From positions 1 through 64,000 of the forward strand of contig JALJEE010000250.1 of the NCBI GenBank assembly GCA_023231475.1: a stretch of DNA of 64,000 nucleotides, in the 5' to 3' direction. Origin of the DNA: Seison nebaliae. Taxonomy: Eukaryota. The notes beneath the pieces were generated by a model. It was not told the origin of the DNA, searched no databases, and worked only from the letters and a program-made list of their open reading frames with translations. Every line of letters starts with the position of its first letter. Within the stretch, counting starts at the first letter, position 1. The translations under genes were made by a program, and so were the position numbers. Below, one piece after another: positions 37,980-49,597 of the stretch.

Positions 37980-39905
37980 CTACCAAATTCTGGGGAATTT
38001 TTCTCGCGATTTCGATCGTGTACGCTGTTGATTTTTAGGTGGGCATAATTGTGTTTTTGAATTCTGTTGTCTCTCATCAAATAGAAATGAATTTGATGCT
38101 CTTTCTACAGTTATATTATCATAGATCTCTTTCGGTTGAATTAATTCGGCAGATATTTTCGAGAAAGCCTCCATCAAATTTCGTTCATTAAAAGTGTCGT
38201 AAACTTTCGCTTCCGGATTCAATATACGTTCAACGAAAGAATCCACTTCGATACTTTCGCCTGAATTCATATCATAATATTTCTTCTTCTGTTTAGTCTT
38301 TTCTTGATTTTTATTGACGGAATATTCACCCGTCAACGTTTGTTCGGTTTGATTTGTGGAATTAGTATTTTCACTTTGTTCCTGATATTTTGAAGGAGAA
38401 TTAGATATCATTAAATTTTGGGGTTTAGGAGGATATTTAGTTAGATCGGGAACACAATCATATAGTTGACTTTCTGCTACATCGTCAACATCCAATATTT
38501 TAATGTTGTCTTTTCGTTCAATTTGATGTTTCATTTTCTTGTCCATATTTCTCGTACGAACATAATCATAAATTGCTTCAATTTGAGAATCATCAGTTTG
38601 GGCGTCGGCTGGTCTTTCTTTCCAACTATATGCTTCCATGTTATTACATGTATTGTCTTCTTGAGATGATTGAACTGATTCACTTACCTTGAAATTTCTT
38701 ATTGCTAAATCTTGAAGAAGATTTGCTATGCTGTTCGTCGTCGTTGTTAAATCATTATAATATTTTTGTTTTAATCGACTAAATATATTTCCATTATTCA
38801 CTTCCGATTGTTTCTGAGCGGCGAATGATGTTTGTAGACGATTACTTTGTAATTGACGATAGAGTTGTGGAGAAATGTTTGGGCGCACCAACATCAAATT
38901 TCCCATGGTTGATCCGATTACTTCAAATCTCCGTCGAACATTTTGGATGTATTGTCGAGGTGGATTCTTCGCTGGTTGTACACCAATCTTACAATCAGAC
39001 GAGAGAGGTAACAACTGATATTTGATGTCACGTTCTAATGATATAGCTAAAACATCATCTTCCGTGAAACAGGTGTGGAGGAGGAGAGTAGAAGTGAAAT
39101 TCTCATAGAAGGAAGGTGGTCGACCAAACACTAAATTGACGGGAGTAGGCAAAGTCACTTTAGTGAGCAGATCTTTCAATTTATGAATTCCACTCAAATT
39201 TAACGAGGAAGCAACTAAAGACAATTCAGTTTTGTCATTTAATCCAATGTAATAATTCTCATAATTCTTATTACTAATACATTTAATGAATTGTTTCTCA
39301 TTACTGGGAATTGTGTAAGGAGATTCGGAAACGATAGTTAAAAAATGACCTGGTTCCAAAACGACTTGATGGAATTTGTTTTTACTTTTCGTCAATGTTT
39401 TTAATCGTTTTCTTAAAATGAACGATTTGGAAACTTCGAATTTCTCATCCTGATTATTTTCCGTGATCGGTGTCTGCATCGCATAAACATCATTTGGTGA
39501 GAGATGGGAATGTAATTCATCTTGTTCCTTCTCACGATTATTTCTAAATCTCGTCACCAATCTCCTTCTAGTTATCTCATTGCCACTTAACTGCTTCAAT
39601 TTCTTCAACAACTCATTGATACTCGTTAACGGTTTGATTGGAGAGCCTTCATATGAAATGATTTCCAACCAACCGTCATAAGTGATGGGAATGAGAAGAA
39701 GTGGTCCATCTAATTTGAGGACTCCATTTTTAAAGTCAATACACTGCCCAAGTACAAAATCTGCATCTCGTTGCAACGAATATAAATGGAGTATGTTCTT
39801 CGTAGTAAACGGATAGAAATCGTTAACTAATCGAACGGTTTTTATTTTTTTGGCGACGGCCTCGTCTAAAAATATTCCTGGTGATCGATGAGTCAAATTA
39901 AACAT
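37980..39905 (-). CDS. CABIT-domain adaptor (GAREM/Serrano/THEMIS-like) with a disordered Tyr-motif tail
   Basis: IPITYDGWLEI and HKLKDLLTKVTLPTPVNLVFGRPP resemble CABIT motifs. The C-terminal half carries YDYV, YDCV, YDMN, YDTF and YDNI motifs. The true start may lie in an upstream exon. Confidence 0.6.
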   Translation of the reverse strand: MFNLTHRSPGIFLDEAVAKKIKTVRLVNDFYPFTTKNILHLYSLQRDADFVLGQCIDFKNGVLKLDGPLLLIPITYDGWLEIISYEGSPIKPLTSINELLKKLKQLSGNEITRRRLVTRFRNNREKEQDELHSHLSPNDVYAMQTPITENNQDEKFEVSKSFILRKRLKTLTKSKNKFHQVVLEPGHFLTIVSESPYTIPSNEKQFIKCISNKNYENYYIGLNDKTELSLVASSLNLSGIHKLKDLLTKVTLPTPVNLVFGRPPSFYENFTSTLLLHTCFTEDDVLAISLERDIKYQLLPLSSDCKIGVQPAKNPPRQYIQNVRRRFEVIGSTMGNLMLVRPNISPQLYRQLQSNRLQTSFAAQKQSEVNNGNIFSRLKQKYYNDLTTTTNSIANLLQDLAIRNFKVSESVQSSQEDNTCNNMEAYSWKERPADAQTDDSQIEAIYDYVRTRNMDKKMKHQIERKDNIKILDVDDVAESQLYDCVPDLTKYPPKPQNLMISNSPSKYQEQSENTNSTNQTEQTLTGEYSVNKNQEKTKQKKKYYDMNSGESIEVDSFVERILNPEAKVYDTFNERNLMEAFSKISAELIQPKEIYDNITVERASNSFLFDERQQNSKTQLCPPKNQQRTRSKSREKFPRIW

Positions 39906-40972
39906 TTCTTCTTAATCTCCTCATCTCACTCACTTTCCCTTATTATTTGTACAATGTCCAAATGACGTCATTGATTCATTAATCATTATTTTACAATGAA
40001 ATCTTTCATTTAGAAAATATCATAATACAATTAATAAACATATCAAATTCTGTTTTCGTGAAAAAAAAACAATTTTCATGAAATTTGTTTTGTAAAGAAA
40101 ATTTACCGATGTAGTACGACCAATATTCGTGTATTAATAATTATTATGGAAAATAATACATCTCAACATCAGTTAAACATTCAGTAACTTAACATCAGAA
40201 AACTTGAAAATCTAACTGCAATTAAACTATGAAACTTTTCTGATTTAGTTAGTTGAATTTCACTTAAACTCTCTCATTTCGATAATAATTATAAAGAATT
40301 ATTTTTAGTACCTAGTCAGTTTTCAGCAGTTCACAACTACGCTTTTGCGATTTCGAGTTTCAGAGAGAGAGAGTTCGTTGTTAGATTTGGAACTTTCTCC
40401 CCCATATAACTCAACATTCTTTTTGTAACTTGAGCAGTCTCATTAAAATTCGAGAAATTAATTGGATTAATTAATAATTATTCGAACGAAAATTTTCAAT
40501 AAATACTTAAAAGGAAAGAAGATGAATTCTCACACAGTTCTCAAATCGATAATAGCAACTTGTCGTCAATTCATTTAAGAGAAGTTCCACCGTTAACGGT
40601 TTACATAGAGGGTATTTCGATCGACGAATTTTAAGGAAGATTAAAAATAAGATGACATATTTTGCATGACACCTGAGAACAATATCAAACTACTTAAAGT
40701 AATTCGATTTATCGAAAAACGTTCGACAACTAAAAAGTTGTATAAATAGATTTGTCAATCTTATTTTTAGTATAGTTCTAAATTCGGAATTGAAAGAAAA
40801 GTTTAAAATTAGTCAAGTTAGAATTTCATTTGACACAGTAGAGATTTTTTAAATTTTATTATTTTATTAATTGTTTATTATCTTCTAAAACTAAATTGAG
40901 ATAAATAATATCAATATTTTTAATAATAATAATAATATCAGAGTTTTCATTCCTTTCTATATAGAACGGTCA

Positions 40973-41972
40973 ATGATTCGTGTCATTATATGGATGTTCA
41001 TTTTAAATACATTCATCAATTCAAATGTCGATGCCAGTTCGCTAAGAGAATTAATGAATAAAGTTCCATTGGATATACAGAAGAATGCGGAGAAAGTGAG
41101 TTGGAACTTTGAAAGAGAGAATGTGAAAGATGATTACAAACTGAGTTTCGTTGAACTGGATAAAAATAATGAAGAACAGGAGAGAAAAACCGCAGATTGT
41201 GATAAATACAAACCAATAAGTGAAAAATTTAAATCTACAAAAAATTGTCAAATATCTTATCCGAAACATCAAAGGAGTAAAATCATAAAAATAATTCGTA
41301 ATGGAGGTGGGATAATGCCCAGTAGTGGGGTTGCACATAATCCAACGGATTATACCAAACATTATTTACATCAACACTATTTTGCAGAAGCTGGATATTA
41401 CCACGAAGTTAGTCGCAACTTATTTTTTTGTTTCATCATTTGATTTGAAGATTAAATTCCAAGTTTTTAATGCAATCGATAACGGAAATTCCATCTATAA
41501 TATACTAAGTTTTCGGTTTCATTTAACTTGTGAGCCGTCCAAAGAGAGCGAATGGTTCAAAAAAGAAAACATTATAGAAATAAAATCTGGAGAGACGACT
41601 ATACCCAACGATGTGTTCACTTTTCAGCGGAAATCGTTAATTTATTTAAGTAACCAATAAAAAGATAATTTTTAGAGATCGGATATTATATGAAGTAAAA
41701 GTAGGAAATCTTGGACGGCCTGTGATCCTAATGCATTACAACAAAGGACAGCAATGTGCCAACATTCCATTATCCTTAGTTGACGAGATTTGTAGTTACA
41801 ACAAAGACCCTGTCATTCTACACATGATTAAGTCACCAGCACGTGTGTATTTTTTTTAAAATTTATGCTTATGAATTGCTTATAAACAGATTTAACAAAC
41901 ATGACTGAAGCAACCAATATTTGTATGACAGTTGAAAGTTTCAATTATTTCTACAAACAAATTGGAGAGTAA
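40973..41972 (+). CDS. Orphan secreted protein, ~289 aa, 4 exons
   Basis: Signal peptide MIRVIIWMFILNTFINSNVDA. Introns 41408-41450, 41636-41675 and 41843-41889 join open frames to TAA at 41970-41972. No recognisable domain. Confidence 0.65.
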
Positions 41973-42186
41973 TAACGAGTAATATCAAAATAATAATAAA
42001 CATAAATTTTCTTTTTATTCCATAACGATAGTTATTCATCCACACCCATCTTTTTTCAATGTCAATTTCATTTTTTTTCAATATAATTTTATTAATATAA
42101 TTCGATATTGTCAATCATATGGGATTCGAATATTGAGAGTTATAATTAATTATAATCCGAAAAAATTCATATTCTACCATGTATCT

Positions 42187-42929
42187 TTAGACATATTGAG
42201 TTGGATCGAAATCTTTATATAGTAGAGTTGCATTACCTTCAGGAAACTGTAAATGGACATCGGTAAAACAATTCTTGAAACCATAAATCAATTTATAGTC
42301 TATTTTCAGCATACTAGTGGCGACTTGAGCTATTAGTTCTCTGTCTGTCCAAAAAAAAGTTACATCTAAAAGGAAAACTTTCAAAATAAACTTTGATTCG
42401 ATATTTTAAATTTTGCTTCCAATTTCTTTATTTGAATTTTTGTGCAAGCTAATCGGAAATTTAAAGTACTCACATAATCGGTGATTGCTGAATGTTGAAA
42501 AATTTCTCCATAATGTTTAGTTCGAAGTGCAGTAGGACCATATATGTTCACATATGCCACAGAGTGACCATCATCTGGTTCGTGGTCCAACCATAATTCA
42601 CATGAAGAATTTGTATTAAGAATTTCATTTTCATATTCATCTTCCCAAACAAAGTTTTCTGTCCGTCGACAAAGTCCTAAAAGAAGTGCTCTATTTCTTG
42701 GCATTCTGTCTAGATAATATAGGAAATGTAAATCTGGTAAAATCATGGTAGACCAAGTGGGTCCCATTCGAATTACACATTCATTGGCACAACCGGTGTA
42801 ACCATTTTCTACTGTTTGGTCCACAATTAATGATATTTGATAATCCAAAGTTGTATGGGAATAATTAATTAATTGCGAATTGACGAACATATCATATAAA
42901 AGAGAGAACAACCAAACTTTCTTAAACAT
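42187..42929 (-). CDS. Secreted divergent C-type-lectin-like protein with a degenerate PAN-like C-terminal part
   Basis: Likely start MFKKVWLFSLL at 42929. LLGL..FVWED..CELWLDHEPD..LAC resembles the CTLD pattern (W.D, W...EP). Continuation into ORF 42187-42384 needs an intron or frameshift that I did not pin down. Confidence 0.45.
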
Positions 42930-43270
42930 TTTTTTCAAACGTTCAACTTTGCGAAATAATATGGAAATTTTTAAGTCTTGAATATTATTCGAATTATTTA
43001 TTCGATTATAATAGACGAGATATGAAATTACGACACGAAAAAATTTTTTAGATTTATAATGCGGAACAAATCTTCCAATTACATCTGCAATTACTTCCTC
43101 CAATATGACAAATGGAATCAAATTTACTGAATAAACAATTATATTATTTTTATTTCTTTTGATTAACTCCAATACCGTTCGTTTCAAGTTCTGTGCTTAT
43201 CCAATTTACAGACCGAATTAATCGATATAGAGTTTAGTAAATAAAGAAATGAATGATTAAATATATAATC

Positions 43271-43291
43271 ATATATATATATATATATATA
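43271..43291. repeat. (AT)n microsatellite
   Basis: About 10 AT units. Confidence 0.9.
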
Positions 43292-43801
43292 ATAATATCA
43301 ATATAAATGATTAGTCAAATAAAGATTTTTATCTTCTCCTTAGCATACCTGAAAGTTTCCATAGAAACAATGCAATATTTTTCAGTTTCTTTTCGTTCAC
43401 TGAAATCCAAATAAATCGACTGGATAAGATACGTGAGAAAGTATTGTTCATTTTCGATAAGATATGTTTCTAATTCTCGATAAGTCTGTTATTACTAAAC
43501 ATATTATGTTTCAAATCATTCAACAGGTTTCTGAAAAATTCTCATACACTCGTCTGCTACACTTTCAGATGTTAGTGAAAATGGAATTTGTAACGGTTCC
43601 ATTTGAAAGGATTGCTAAATACAACTACGTGAGAGTTGGAGGCTTCATCAATTATGTCATATCAGAATTTTTTAATTTATGGAATGATTCCAAACATTTT
43701 TAAAAAGAAGCTTAATTTTGAGATTTTCATTTTTTATTTAACGGGGGGAATCAATTAGTAATTGAACTATTAATTTCAACGAATAAAGAATTGGTGAGAA
43801 A

Positions 43802-46800
43802 ATGAGAAGATTACTAATTCTTCTCTTGTTCTATTTGTTGTATGTTGTGAATTGTCTGGAGATTCTTGATACATTCTATAATGATCGATATGCTGGTTAT
43901 TCTTATTATTGTACTCAACCATTGGGAATCAGTAACGGTCGTGTTCCAAATGAACAAATGAGTGGGAGTATATCGGAGAAGAATCGTGAAGCATTCGAAG
44001 CACGTTTGAACGGATTGTCGTCATGGCGACCAGTCAAACAAGACAATGAACAATTTTTGGAAGTGGATTTGGGTGTGAAACATAATGTCACGTCGATGGC
44101 TATTCAAGGGAATGAGGCTGGTGGAGAATATGTGAAACAATTCATCATCGAATTTAGTAACGATGGAATTAATTGGAATTTCTATACGAACAAAGAAAAA
44201 ATTTTGAAATATTTCGAAGGAAATTTCGATGATAATACTCCAGTTTTTATTGAATTCGATTCGTTTTTCATCGCTAGATTCGTCCGATTTCGACCATATC
44301 ATTGGCACAACTTTATTGCGTTACGTGTGGAATTGTATGGATGTAAATTTAAAGATCGTACCGTTTATTTTGACGAACAATCATTCATTCAATATGATGC
44401 TGCTAATTTCCCAATTATTAAAGAATCTGATTGGTTACGATTCCGTTTTCGTTCATCGAAACCGAACGGTGTTATCTTTTATGCGAAAGGTGCAATTAAT
44501 GGAGATTTTTATTTAGTGGAATTGAAGAATGGAAGTATTCATGTTGTTATTGATGTTGGATCGTTCGATATGAGAAGTAAAACAAATCAAAAATTGTCGA
44601 ATGATGGAATTGATTCAGGAAATTATTATGAGAATACATATATGATGGAAAATGGATATTCTTTTTCACTCTCTCAATATTTCTCTTCAATTCTCTCATA
44701 TAATACGGAATCATTATTAGGGGATATTATCGATAATGCCGATGGAACGATCATGGGAGAATCGTCATCATTTGGTGATGGAATCATTGAAGGAGTTTGT
44801 GGTAGTTTATTAGATGATAATTTATGGCATTCCGTCTCAATTCGACGATCTGGTAAATTGATGGAATTGGAAGTTGATCATTTGAAAGTTTATCGTTTCT
44901 CCTCCACATTCTCCTCATTCAATCAATTGAATTTCGATTCTTTAGTGAATGTTGGAGGAACAACAAATGTATTCGATCGTGGTATCACTTCCTCTCTCAA
45001 TTTCACCGGTTGTCTTCAATCATTCAATTATGAAGGAATCGATTTTATTGATGGAATTGAAAATAATAATGATCAATTCAAATTAATCGGACAAATGTCT
45101 TATTCTTGTGGATTGGATGATATTCAACCATTTACACTCTTCAACTATTTCAGTCAATTAACAATTAAAGATAAATTCTTCTATTCAGGTGCACAGAAAA
45201 GTTATAATAACTTTCGCACACAAAATCGAGACGAAGGATTCTATATCTCATTCGAATTAAGATCATTCCAACATAATTGTCAATTATTCTACACGACATT
45301 CCATCAACTCTACGTTGGAATTGATAGACTTATTCGTCTCCAAATGTATTTGGAGGATGGACAAATATATATTTCTCTCATCATTCCCAAACGGAAAATG
45401 GATGAGGATAGAAAAGAAAAAATTTTCCTTCAAAATTGGCCTCCCATCAAATGTCAGAACGGAATAGTGAATGATGGTCGATGGCATCAAATTGAATTGG
45501 AAATACGAACTAATCGATTTGATTATACAATTGATGGTTATAAAACGACCGGTTGGATGGGATGGACGATCGAAACTCCGAATGATTATTATTTCGGATA
45601 TACAACTCAATATATCGATAGTTTCGATGAAGAATATTTCGTATCGATGACGAATCTACATGAGAATTTATTATCTTCATGTATCGGTTGTATTCGAAAT
45701 ATTAATATCAATAACAAACCGATCAATTCTCTCAAACAAGATCATGAGACATTCTCTTTTGAATATTCAGATATTGATACTGAATCATGTATCCTCTTCG
45801 ATCGATGTACACCAAATCCATGTGCACATGACGGTAAATGTCTCCAAAATCAGACTCATTTCTCTTGTGATTGTTCTTATACCGGATATACTGGTGGTGT
45901 TTGTCATGTAAGTGAATATCCAAGAAGTTGTGCCGAATTTAAAATGTCGAAACGACATGATGCTGATATCAGGAAAATCGTTCAATTTCGTGATGGGAAA
46001 CATAAAATTACTATCGATCTTGATGGTAGTGGACCAATTCGTCCGTTTGAAATCGAATGTGAATTGGGTAATATTTATGATTCAACAAATGAAACCATTC
46101 TTCATCATCATTCGGAAGGGAAACAGACAGTTGACGGATATTCAGGAAAAGGTGATTATCAATCTTCAATTCGTTACCATGCCAACGAACAACAATTGAA
46201 CATGTTGATCGAAAGATCGGATTCATGTCGACAACATATTCTTTATGAATGTCAAAATTCCAAATTACTCAATACAAATCCTGAGAAATTATTAGATACA
46301 TCCATATCATCATCTTCTTCATCGTCTTCTTCTGGAAATTTAGATACATCTTTTCTTTCACAAATGTCATCGGCTTATGGTTGGTGGGTTGGAGGAATTC
46401 AAAATCAGAAAATGGATTATTGGGGAAATAGTGAAATGGGAACAGGTCGTTGTGCTTGTGGTCTTCAACAAACATGTATCGGTAAAGGATTCTGTAATTG
46501 TGACACTTATCAACAACAATCTTCATCAATAAGATCATCAGCACAATTATTTGATGATATAAATCGAATGGAAGATGATTCATGGAATCAAGAAAAGATT
46601 AATAAAAAGAATTTCTTTATTAATTCCAATAATGAGAATTTTTATTATTCAAATATTCCTAATGGATGGTCAGCCGATTCTGGTTTTATTGTTCGTAAAG
46701 AACATTTGCCAATTAAACAAATTCATTTTGGTGATACAGGTAGTACATCCGATAATAAGAAAGGTATCTACAAAGTGGGACCATTAATTTGTAATGGAGA

Positions 46801-48391
46801 TAAATTGTTCAATAATGTCGTCACTTTCAATCATAGCGATGCAGTTTTATCATTCGATTCCCAAGTTTTCCGACCTACCATTCAAGGCAGTTTAGATTTG
46901 ACTTTCCATTTCCGAACCTCTTCACAAATGATCGATACAGCAACATCCACTCTTCTACAAATTCAAGGCGAACGAGATTTCTTAGAAATTCGATTATCGA
47001 CTGGTCGTGAAGTTTTGTTGAGATTCTCCGCCGGACATAATGCTGGTGTACAAGTGATTAGTATAAAAACGAATTATGATTTGAATGATAATGAATGGCA
47101 TTTTGTTGAGATGGAAAGGAATCGAATCGAAGCACGTTTACGTGTAGATAATCATGCATCGACAATTCTAGAAGAACAAGAACAATTCCGTTCATTTTCA
47201 TTCACTTCCAATTTAACGATAGGAGCAGGAGTCAATTATAAGAATGGATTCGTCGGTTGTTTTCGAGCATTAACTGTTAATGGACAAATGTTAGATATGA
47301 AAGGTTTAGTAGAGAAAAATCAGATTTATGGAGTTTCAAGTGGATGTGTAGGAAAATGTGATTCATCACCATGTTTAAATGGTGGGAAATGTGAAGAACT
47401 TTATGATAGTTTCACTTGTGATTGTACATTCACACCATTTCGTGGTCATCTTTGTAACGAGGAAGTGGGTACTTTATTAGATGAACATACATATATTAAA
47501 TATACAATTCCTGATATTGGTGTAATTGGAACGGTGGAGGAATTCATTCGAGTCGGTTTCGTTTCTCCTCATTTCGATACGAAAGAGAATGGTGGAAGAA
47601 CATTAATTCATATAGAAAGTGAAGATCGGAAAGAATATTTTTATCTCGAATTACAGAATAATGGTGGAGTTCGAGTGAAATTCCATTTCGGTTTTGACGA
47701 ATGGCAAAGGAATACTGAACGATTTGGTATCCAACTCGCTTCATTTCAATTTCATGAAATAAAAATTTTACGACAATTCTCTAATGGAACAAATCGATTT
47801 CTAATGCAAATCGATGATTATCCTCCTTACGTTAAGAATAAATTCAATATACCAATTATTGCTGATGTGAAATTTGATAATCCGAAATATATTTATATTG
47901 GAAAATATCCATATCGGAAGAATGAAAAAGGTTTTCATGGATGTATTTCTCGCGTTCAATTCAATCGATATTTCCCTTTAAAATTTGCTTTTCGTGAAAT
48001 TGTCGATCCCAATATTGAAATCATAGGTCCCAATGGTAATCAAAGTATCAGAGAACAACATTGTGATATCGATCCCATACGATATCCACCTGATCCTATT
48101 GACATTCCACCAGATCGACGAAAACCGAAAGAAATCATCTTATTAACACCACCAATCACTTCCACTGTCTCATCACGTACTTCTGTTATATTATCCATCA
48201 TTTTCTCTATTTTACTCGCCACAGCCATACTCATTGGTCTGTTCTGTTTAGCAAAACATTCGTCACAAGCTGGCACTTATAGGACATATGAAGAGAAAGG
48301 TGCTTCTCGTGCTTTAGATCCTGATAGTGCCATCATGAAAGGAGATCCTCGTCATCCAGGTGTGACTGAAAAGAAAGAATGGTTCATCTAA
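43802..48391 (+). CDS. Nrx-IV: Neurexin IV / contactin-associated protein (Caspr), single exon, 1529 aa
   Basis: Domain order: signal peptide, F5/8C discoidin (IALRVELYGC), LamG x2, EGF (CTPNPCAHDGKC), fibrinogen-like (IDLDGSGPIRPF), LamG, EGF, LamG, TM, band-4.1 motif (GTYRTYE) and PDZ-binding end KKEWFI. Confidence 0.95.
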   Translation: MRRLLILLLFYLLYVVNCLEILDTFYNDRYAGYSYYCTQPLGISNGRVPNEQMSGSISEKNREAFEARLNGLSSWRPVKQDNEQFLEVDLGVKHNVTSMAIQGNEAGGEYVKQFIIEFSNDGINWNFYTNKEKILKYFEGNFDDNTPVFIEFDSFFIARFVRFRPYHWHNFIALRVELYGCKFKDRTVYFDEQSFIQYDAANFPIIKESDWLRFRFRSSKPNGVIFYAKGAINGDFYLVELKNGSIHVVIDVGSFDMRSKTNQKLSNDGIDSGNYYENTYMMENGYSFSLSQYFSSILSYNTESLLGDIIDNADGTIMGESSSFGDGIIEGVCGSLLDDNLWHSVSIRRSGKLMELEVDHLKVYRFSSTFSSFNQLNFDSLVNVGGTTNVFDRGITSSLNFTGCLQSFNYEGIDFIDGIENNNDQFKLIGQMSYSCGLDDIQPFTLFNYFSQLTIKDKFFYSGAQKSYNNFRTQNRDEGFYISFELRSFQHNCQLFYTTFHQLYVGIDRLIRLQMYLEDGQIYISLIIPKRKMDEDRKEKIFLQNWPPIKCQNGIVNDGRWHQIELEIRTNRFDYTIDGYKTTGWMGWTIETPNDYYFGYTTQYIDSFDEEYFVSMTNLHENLLSSCIGCIRNININNKPINSLKQDHETFSFEYSDIDTESCILFDRCTPNPCAHDGKCLQNQTHFSCDCSYTGYTGGVCHVSEYPRSCAEFKMSKRHDADIRKIVQFRDGKHKITIDLDGSGPIRPFEIECELGNIYDSTNETILHHHSEGKQTVDGYSGKGDYQSSIRYHANEQQLNMLIERSDSCRQHILYECQNSKLLNTNPEKLLDTSISSSSSSSSSGNLDTSFLSQMSSAYGWWVGGIQNQKMDYWGNSEMGTGRCACGLQQTCIGKGFCNCDTYQQQSSSIRSSAQLFDDINRMEDDSWNQEKINKKNFFINSNNENFYYSNIPNGWSADSGFIVRKEHLPIKQIHFGDTGSTSDNKKGIYKVGPLICNGDKLFNNVVTFNHSDAVLSFDSQVFRPTIQGSLDLTFHFRTSSQMIDTATSTLLQIQGERDFLEIRLSTGREVLLRFSAGHNAGVQVISIKTNYDLNDNEWHFVEMERNRIEARLRVDNHASTILEEQEQFRSFSFTSNLTIGAGVNYKNGFVGCFRALTVNGQMLDMKGLVEKNQIYGVSSGCVGKCDSSPCLNGGKCEELYDSFTCDCTFTPFRGHLCNEEVGTLLDEHTYIKYTIPDIGVIGTVEEFIRVGFVSPHFDTKENGGRTLIHIESEDRKEYFYLELQNNGGVRVKFHFGFDEWQRNTERFGIQLASFQFHEIKILRQFSNGTNRFLMQIDDYPPYVKNKFNIPIIADVKFDNPKYIYIGKYPYRKNEKGFHGCISRVQFNRYFPLKFAFREIVDPNIEIIGPNGNQSIREQHCDIDPIRYPPDPIDIPPDRRKPKEIILLTPPITSTVSSRTSVILSIIFSILLATAILIGLFCLAKHSSQAGTYRTYEEKGASRALDPDSAIMKGDPRHPGVTEKKEWFI

Positions 48392-48705
48392 TCAATATTT
48401 TCATATTCCATACTTTTATTCTTTTTTTCATTCTTCATCAACATTCCTCTCCCAACATTTTATCGATAATTTTCATTTGAATCTCAACAAATCTCATTCA
48501 TTTTTTTTCAAAAAACTTCATTTCATTTTATGAATAAAATTTTCTTCAAAAAAATTTTTCTTTAACATAATCCGAAAAAACGAAAAACGATTAAACATTA
48601 AATTTAAAACTTAAAATTTAACACAAATAGAACATTATTTAACACGATAATTCACAACTATTTCACTTCTAGTGAAGAATTAAGATGTAAATATTTTTAT
48701 AGATT

Positions 48706-49475
48706 TTATGAAATTAAACTTTTGTTAATATGCAAAAATGCTAATAATGAAAGATTTTCATCGGATAATTCCGAAATTTGTTTGGTAAAAATATTACCGA
48801 CTGGAGAGAAAAATTGTCCACAACATAAACTTGTACATGATACACATTTAAGTGCAAGAGCAATTCTTTTTAGAATTGTGAGAGATGTTTCTTCCCAATA
48901 TTTATCATATTCCAAATTAGATATTTGGCGATTATTATATATTTTTATTTCTCCCTGAAGATTTGTTGCATTTATCATGGGAAGTGATTGTCTGAATATT
49001 TTATTGAAAGATGGAAGATCATCATCTACCACATCTTCTACTACTCCAATTGGTTTTTCAACTGATCGTTTATTATTCATAAGATCTATCTCATACATTT
49101 CACCCATTTCTAGCAGGATTGTTTCGATATCTTGAAATATTTTATTTCTAATTTTATGATTATAATATTGGATTCCCAACGCTGGATTCAGATATGCTGC
49201 AGCACACAATGTCTTGTTATATAAATAAACATCGAATTTATTTTTCACATTCTTCAACAAATGTTCCACCAAATTATGAACATCTTCACTCTCCTTTATT
49301 TTCGGATGTTTCGATAATTGATCGTAACAACTAATTAATGAATCGATTCGTTACCAAATAAAATGAGGTTCATTTTTCATCATAGCTTCTATAAATTGAT
49401 GACATGGTTCCAAAACTCTTTTTACCAATACCAAATGCGACTTTAATATCGATTCCTTCATTCCTGACTTTTTAC
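48706..49475 (-). pseudogene. Degenerate hAT DNA transposase, C-terminal half including the dimerization domain
   Basis: AAYLNP, YW...LKRIALALKCVSCTS...FFS..GNI.TK...LSDENLSLLAFLH is the hATC signature, with the catalytic ER of SERxFS lost. The frame continues upstream through an in-frame stop to ~49475. Confidence 0.8.
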
Positions 49476-49479
49476 GTAC

Positions 49480-49597
49480 CCACGTGGATCAAGACAAATC
49501 ACTAATTTCCAATAACTCATCTGATGAGTTATCTCGTTTCCTTTTTAATTTACCTCGCGGGGATTTGTTGTATTAATAAAAAAAAAAAAAAAAAAAA
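49480..49597 (+). mobile_element. Short 5'-truncated retroposed insert with an A20 tail
   Basis: Frame ..DELSRFLFNLPRGDLLY* is followed directly by a run of 20 A (49578-49597). It abuts the point where hAT similarity ends. Confidence 0.45.

Noticed and set aside
42930..43187. N-terminal extension of ORF 42381..43187 from a TTG start
   Set aside because: Eukaryotic context; the ATG at 42929 followed by a hydrophobic signal-like segment is the more plausible start.
44021..48276. Small ORFs overlapping Nrx-IV on both strands
   Set aside because: Off-frame or antisense shadows of a long coding sequence, with no independent features.
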